Program-made: the position numbers and the translations under genes | Shown here: piece by piece, positions 59,869 through 64,000 of the stretch | How the letters are laid out: every line of letters starts with the position of its first letter | How positions within the stretch are numbered: position 1 is the first letter of the stretch | Notes under the pieces: model-generated | The model's input: the letters and a program-made list of their open reading frames with translations, nothing else | The model's database searches: none | Told to the model about the DNA's origin: nothing | Source: Rhodothermales bacterium | GTDB lineage: Bacteria > Bacteroidota > Rhodothermia > Rhodothermales > VXPQ01 | Direction: 5' to 3' | Assembly: GCA_040904565.1 (NCBI GenBank) | Contig: JBBDTI010000075.1 | Coordinates: 183,659 to 247,658, forward strand | DNA length: 64,000 nt

Positions 59869-62541
59869 TTATTCCAGCAACCGCCGCAATTCGCTGAGCT
59901 GGAGCAGGGCCTCGATGGGTGTCATCCGATCCGGGTCGAGCGCGCGCAATCGTTCCTTCAGCGCCTCCGCCACGGGATCGGGTTGCGCTTCGAAGAGCGA
60001 CATCTGGAACCGCTCGGTATCGGCGTCCGGCACGGCCGAAGGGACCGGCCTAGCGGCCCGTACCCCGTCGCCCGCCGCCGATTCGCCGTCACCTGAACCT
60101 TCTCGGAGATGTTCGACGGCCAGATGCTGGCTCTCGAGCGACCGCAGGATTTCACGGGCCCGAGCGATGACGGGTTCGGGCAACCCAGCCATCCGGGCCA
60201 CCTCTATTCCAAACGAATGGTCGGCCCCTCCCGGGACGAGCTTGCGCAGGAAGATGATTCGGCCTTCGTGCTCCTCCACCTGGATCCGCGCGTTGCGGAC
60301 CCGCTCGAAGCGATCGGCCAGCTCGTTCAGCTCGTGGTAGTGCGTCGCGAAGAGCGTGCGTGCCGCTACGTCCGGCCGCTCGTGCAGGTACTCGACGAGC
60401 GCCCACGCGATCGACAGCCCGTCGAACGTGCTGGTGCCGCGGCCGACCTCATCCAGCAAGATCAAAGAGCGCGGCGTCGCGTTGTTGAGGATGTTGGCCG
60501 CCTCATTCATCTCCACGAGGAACGTGCTCTCTCCCGCCGCCAGATTGTCCGACGCGCCGACGCGCGTGAAGATACGGTCCACTACCCCGATGCGTGCCGC
60601 CTTCGCAGGGACGAACGAACCGACCTGGGCGAGCAGCACGATAAGACCGGTTTGGCGCAGTACGACGCTCTTCCCAGCCATATTCGGCCCGGTAATGATG
60701 ATGATCTGCTCGGCATCCGGATCCAGATACGTAGAATTGGGGATGAACGGCTCGCCGGCCGGGAGCGTCCGCTCGACGACGGGATGGCGACCGTCTTCGA
60801 TCTCCAGCGTGCGCTTGTCGTGTACCTCCGGACGCGCATAGCCGTATCGCACGGCTACTTCAGCGAGCGCCCCATAACAATCCAGCACCGATAGAAGCTC
60901 CGCATTGCGCTGCAGTACCTCCGTATGTTCGGCCACCGTCGTGCGCAGCTGGTTGAACAGCTCGGCCTCGAGGCTATCTATCTTGTCTTCGGCTGTCAGG
61001 ATTTTCTCCTCGTACTCCTTAAGCTCCGGCGTAATGTAGCGCTCGGCATTGACGAGGGTCTGTTTGCGGATGTAATCGTCGGGGACCTTATCCTTGTGCG
61101 TGTTCGTGACTTCGAGATAGTACCCGAAGACCTTGTTAAACCCGACCTTGAGCGACGAGATACCCGTCCGCTCCGCCTCTTCCTTCTGCATCGTGGCGAG
61201 CCAATCCTTCCCCGATCGGGCGACGTCCCGCAGCTCATCGAGCTCTTCGCTGTAGCCGTCGCGTATGAGCCCGCCGTCCCCGATATTCGCCGGCGGCTCG
61301 TCCACCAGCGCCCGGTCGATCCGGTCGATCAGATCCGTACAAAGGGTCAGCCGCTCTGCCACGCGCGCCAGCTCCTCGCACGTCTCGTCGGCGAGGTGCT
61401 GCTTGATGGAAGGGATTTGCCGCAGCGTGAGCTTGACGGCCGTGACGTCCCGCGGCGTCGCGCGGCCCGTCGCCGCCCGCGCGGCGAGCCGCTCGAGATC
61501 TCCCACGTGATCTAGCTCGTCGCGCAGCGTGTCGCGGAGCGTGCGGGACCTGTACAGCGCCTCGACGGCGTCCAGCCGCCGCTCGATGGCCGCGACGTCC
61601 CGCAGGGGACGCACGAGCCAGCGACGGAGCCGGCGGCCGCCCATCGCCGTCTTCGTCTCGTCCATAATGTCGACGAGCGTACCTTCCCGTCCGTCTTCCC
61701 GCAGCGTCGTGATCAGCTCCAGATTACGCTTCGTCTGCGGATCGAGTGCCATGTAGTCGTCGCTCTCGTATCGCTTTATGGTGCGGACGTGCGGGAGACG
61801 CCCTTTCTGCGTGTCGCCCAGATAATGCAGCGCCGCACCGGCAGCGATAATGCCGAGACGCATCCCCTCGATGCCGAATCCCTTAAGCGAATGCGTCTCG
61901 AAATGCTGCAGAAGCGTTTCATTGGCGAAATCGAAGCCGAACACCCAATCTTCCAGGGTCGTGACCGTGAATCGTCCGCGCGGAAGCCGATCCCGCTCCT
62001 TCTTGTCCACGAGCACCTCCGCCGGATAAATCGTCTGCAAGAGGTCGCCGAGCTCCTCCGCGCCGACCTCGGCCGTCAGGAACTCGCCCGTGGAGACATC
62101 CACGAACGCAAAGCCGATCTCGTCGCCGTCCCATCGCACCGCGGCGAGGTAGTTCGACTGCTTCGGATCGAGGAGGTGATCGTGGAACGAGACGCCGGGC
62201 GTCACGACCTCGACCACGTCCCGCTTGACGATGGTCTTCGCATCCTGCGCGTCCTCGAGCTGCTCGCAGATGGCGACGCGGTGGCCTGACTCGACGAGCT
62301 TGGGCAGGTAGTTATCCAGTGCGTGATGCGGAAAACCTGCCAGGGGAACGTCGTGAGCCTTGCCGTTGGCCCGTTTCGTCAGCGTGATGCCCAACAGTTT
62401 GCTGATCCGCTTGGCATCTTCATCGAACGTCTCGTAGAAGTCCCCCATGCGAAACAAAAGGATGGCCTGAGGATGGCGTGCCTTGATCTTGTAGTACTGC
62501 CGCATCAGCGGCGTACGACCTTTGTTCTTAACCTCTGCCAT
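59869..62541 (-). CDS. mutS: DNA mismatch repair protein MutS
   Basis: TPLMRQY, GDFYETF (Phe-X-Glu), Walker A TGPNMAGKS, STFLVEM, DEVGRGTST, FATHYHEL; C-terminal clamp-binding QMSLF; likely start ATG 62541. Confidence 0.97.
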   Translation of the reverse strand: MAEVKNKGRTPLMRQYYKIKARHPQAILLFRMGDFYETFDEDAKRISKLLGITLTKRANGKAHDVPLAGFPHHALDNYLPKLVESGHRVAICEQLEDAQDAKTIVKRDVVEVVTPGVSFHDHLLDPKQSNYLAAVRWDGDEIGFAFVDVSTGEFLTAEVGAEELGDLLQTIYPAEVLVDKKERDRLPRGRFTVTTLEDWVFGFDFANETLLQHFETHSLKGFGIEGMRLGIIAAGAALHYLGDTQKGRLPHVRTIKRYESDDYMALDPQTKRNLELITTLREDGREGTLVDIMDETKTAMGGRRLRRWLVRPLRDVAAIERRLDAVEALYRSRTLRDTLRDELDHVGDLERLAARAATGRATPRDVTAVKLTLRQIPSIKQHLADETCEELARVAERLTLCTDLIDRIDRALVDEPPANIGDGGLIRDGYSEELDELRDVARSGKDWLATMQKEEAERTGISSLKVGFNKVFGYYLEVTNTHKDKVPDDYIRKQTLVNAERYITPELKEYEEKILTAEDKIDSLEAELFNQLRTTVAEHTEVLQRNAELLSVLDCYGALAEVAVRYGYARPEVHDKRTLEIEDGRHPVVERTLPAGEPFIPNSTYLDPDAEQIIIITGPNMAGKSVVLRQTGLIVLLAQVGSFVPAKAARIGVVDRIFTRVGASDNLAAGESTFLVEMNEAANILNNATPRSLILLDEVGRGTSTFDGLSIAWALVEYLHERPDVAARTLFATHYHELNELADRFERVRNARIQVEEHEGRIIFLRKLVPGGADHSFGIEVARMAGLPEPVIARAREILRSLESQHLAVEHLREGSGDGESAAGDGVRAARPVPSAVPDADTERFQMSLFEAQPDPVAEALKERLRALDPDRMTPIEALLQLSELRRLLE

Positions 62542-62701
62542 TATCCTTCCGGATCTCCTTGTTTCTACTCTTTTAACGTTCTCATTCCGACACTTCTCCG
62601 CACCCGACAACGTACCCATTTTCACGAAACCGAGACCCTTGTGTTCGGGTCAAAATATATGGTGTAAGGTTCTTTGAATCGGTCTCCCTGCTTCTTACAC
62701 G

Positions 62702-63268
62702 ATGAGTACGGCGATGTCGTGGTATGACGTATATGAAAATGTGGACGTGCAGCGCATCACCCGTTCCAAAGCCGCCGGCGTAACGGGACTCGTGGCCGTC
62801 GTCCTGCTAGTCGGCGTCATTCCCATCACATTAGGACTGGAGGGAACCATTCCCCTGTGGGTCGCCGTCCCGTTCGCACTCGGTATATGGACGGCCTACG
62901 CGGCCTGGTGGATCCGCCGGCTCGAGCAACTTAGACGCGTCGTGTGGTGCGTCAAGATCTCCAGGGAGGAAATCGCCGGGTACGATTATGCGCGCCGGCG
63001 CATCATCATCCCATGGCCCGATGTCGAACGCGTGGAGATCGGCGAGTCCGATCTCACGATCTACGGCCCGCCGGCCACCTCCCTGGAGATTACCCATCTG
63101 TTTGAAGATTTCCCCGAAGTGAGTCACCGGGTGATAGAGAACGCACGACGGCACGATCTGCCCGTCTTCGTGAACGGCAAGCCGTGGCAGCAGCTCGACG
63201 TGTACGAAGTCTTTCCGTTTCTGTCGTCGGATGCCTCGTCGCCGCAACCGGGATCGACAACGGCCTGA
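62702..63268 (+). CDS. Hypothetical membrane protein (2 TM plus a PH-like soluble domain)
   Basis: Two hydrophobic helices followed by IIIPWPDVERVEI, a bacterial PH-like pattern. Confidence 0.6.
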   Translation: MSTAMSWYDVYENVDVQRITRSKAAGVTGLVAVVLLVGVIPITLGLEGTIPLWVAVPFALGIWTAYAAWWIRRLEQLRRVVWCVKISREEIAGYDYARRRIIIPWPDVERVEIGESDLTIYGPPATSLEITHLFEDFPEVSHRVIENARRHDLPVFVNGKPWQQLDVYEVFPFLSSDASSPQPGSTTA

Positions 63269-63359
63269 GGGCGTGCGCGGGATAGGAGGCAGCGTCCGGA
63301 CGCCACGCAGCTCTACGGGCACGCTCTATCGGTCGACATCGGATGCAGACGACCGCACG

Positions 63360-64000
63360 CTATGAAGGCCCTCCGTCCTCCCCATCTCTCCGAAAAAACG
63401 CCTCGATCCGGGCATGCTGCGTGCGGGCATCCTCGTAGCCGATGTCGATCAGCCGGGAGACGTAGTCGTGCTCGAAAAGCAGCATGCTCAGCCAGTCCGG
63501 ACTCTCTGTTTCTCCCGTACCGACCAGTTTCGAGAAGATGCCCATCGTCTTCGGCAACGTCCACTCGTAGCTTCGCGACAGCTTGCCGAGATCGACGGAG
63601 GGGCGCAGCAGCAGCAGTTTAACCGGACGCAACCCGTCCCACTTCCCCTCCGGCAGCCGCTCGAGCAGCTGATTGATGCGTTCCAGCCCCATCGCGTCGT
63701 CGTCCAGCGCATCCAGAAACACCGCGTTCGTCAGGAGGCCGAAGATCTGCGAAGCCGGCGGATACCCGTAGACCACGGGCTCGTCCGCCTCGGAGCGCGT
63801 TCGATTGTAGCGCGTCGAGATCGCGAGAATTCGATCCGCACCAAGATGGATCGCCGGCGCGAGCGGCGCGGCCAGCCGGATGCCGCCGTCGCCGTACCAT
63901 GCATCGCCGATCTGAATCGCGGGAAACAGAAACGGCAGGGACGTAGACGCCATGATGTGGTCGATCGTGAGCTGCGTATTGATGCCGATCCGGTTCGGCC
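63360..64000 (-). CDS. Patatin-like phospholipase, C-terminal part (5' end outside the window)
   Basis: MASTSLPFLFP and catalytic DGG motif YGDGGIR; APAIHLGADRIL; LIDIGYEDA. Confidence 0.85.
   Translation of the reverse strand, partial: PNRIGINTQLTIDHIMASTSLPFLFPAIQIGDAWYGDGGIRLAAPLAPAIHLGADRILAISTRYNRTRSEADEPVVYGYPPASQIFGLLTNAVFLDALDDDAMGLERINQLLERLPEGKWDGLRPVKLLLLRPSVDLGKLSRSYEWTLPKTMGIFSKLVGTGETESPDWLSMLLFEHDYVSRLIDIGYEDARTQHARIEAFFRRDGEDGGPS

Overview
GC-rich core-chromosome window, probably from a Rhodothermota (Rhodothermales-like, FCB group) bacterium. The taxonomy is inferred from protein style and Bacteroidota-type promoter motifs and was not database-checked. About 50 CDSs, mostly housekeeping: a type IIA topoisomerase pair (parC-parE-like), purM/purD, plsY-gpsA, aconitase, murA, mutS and a cysteine desulfurase. 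A ~19.4 kb minus-strand block runs ilvB-ilvN-ilvC-leuB-(sORF)-leuA-leuC-leuD-cimA-gltB-gltD-thrB-thrC-crotonase and is divergent from amtB plus a TorF-like porin. There are also sugar-catabolism genes (Tat-exported Gfo/Idh/MocA proteins, a TIM-barrel isomerase, a Weimberg-type dehydratase/KGSA dehydrogenase pair, two GH-A-like proteins) and several outer-membrane proteins. No rRNA, tRNA, CRISPR array, transposase or prophage was recognised. The best hidden signal is an unannotated Leu/Val/Ile-rich leader peptide (38807-38968, minus) upstream of ilvB, with mutually exclusive 1:2 / 2:3 / 3:4 RNA pairings, i.e. a candidate ribosome-mediated attenuator. Other leads: a ~200-nt rod-like RNA and a 16-bp repeat array upstream of the cysteine desulfurase, operator-like palindromes at a glnK-less amtB, a translationally coupled sORF before leuA, a likely inactive phytoene-synthase homolog coupled to aconitase, and a 1167-aa SprA-motif outer-membrane protein.
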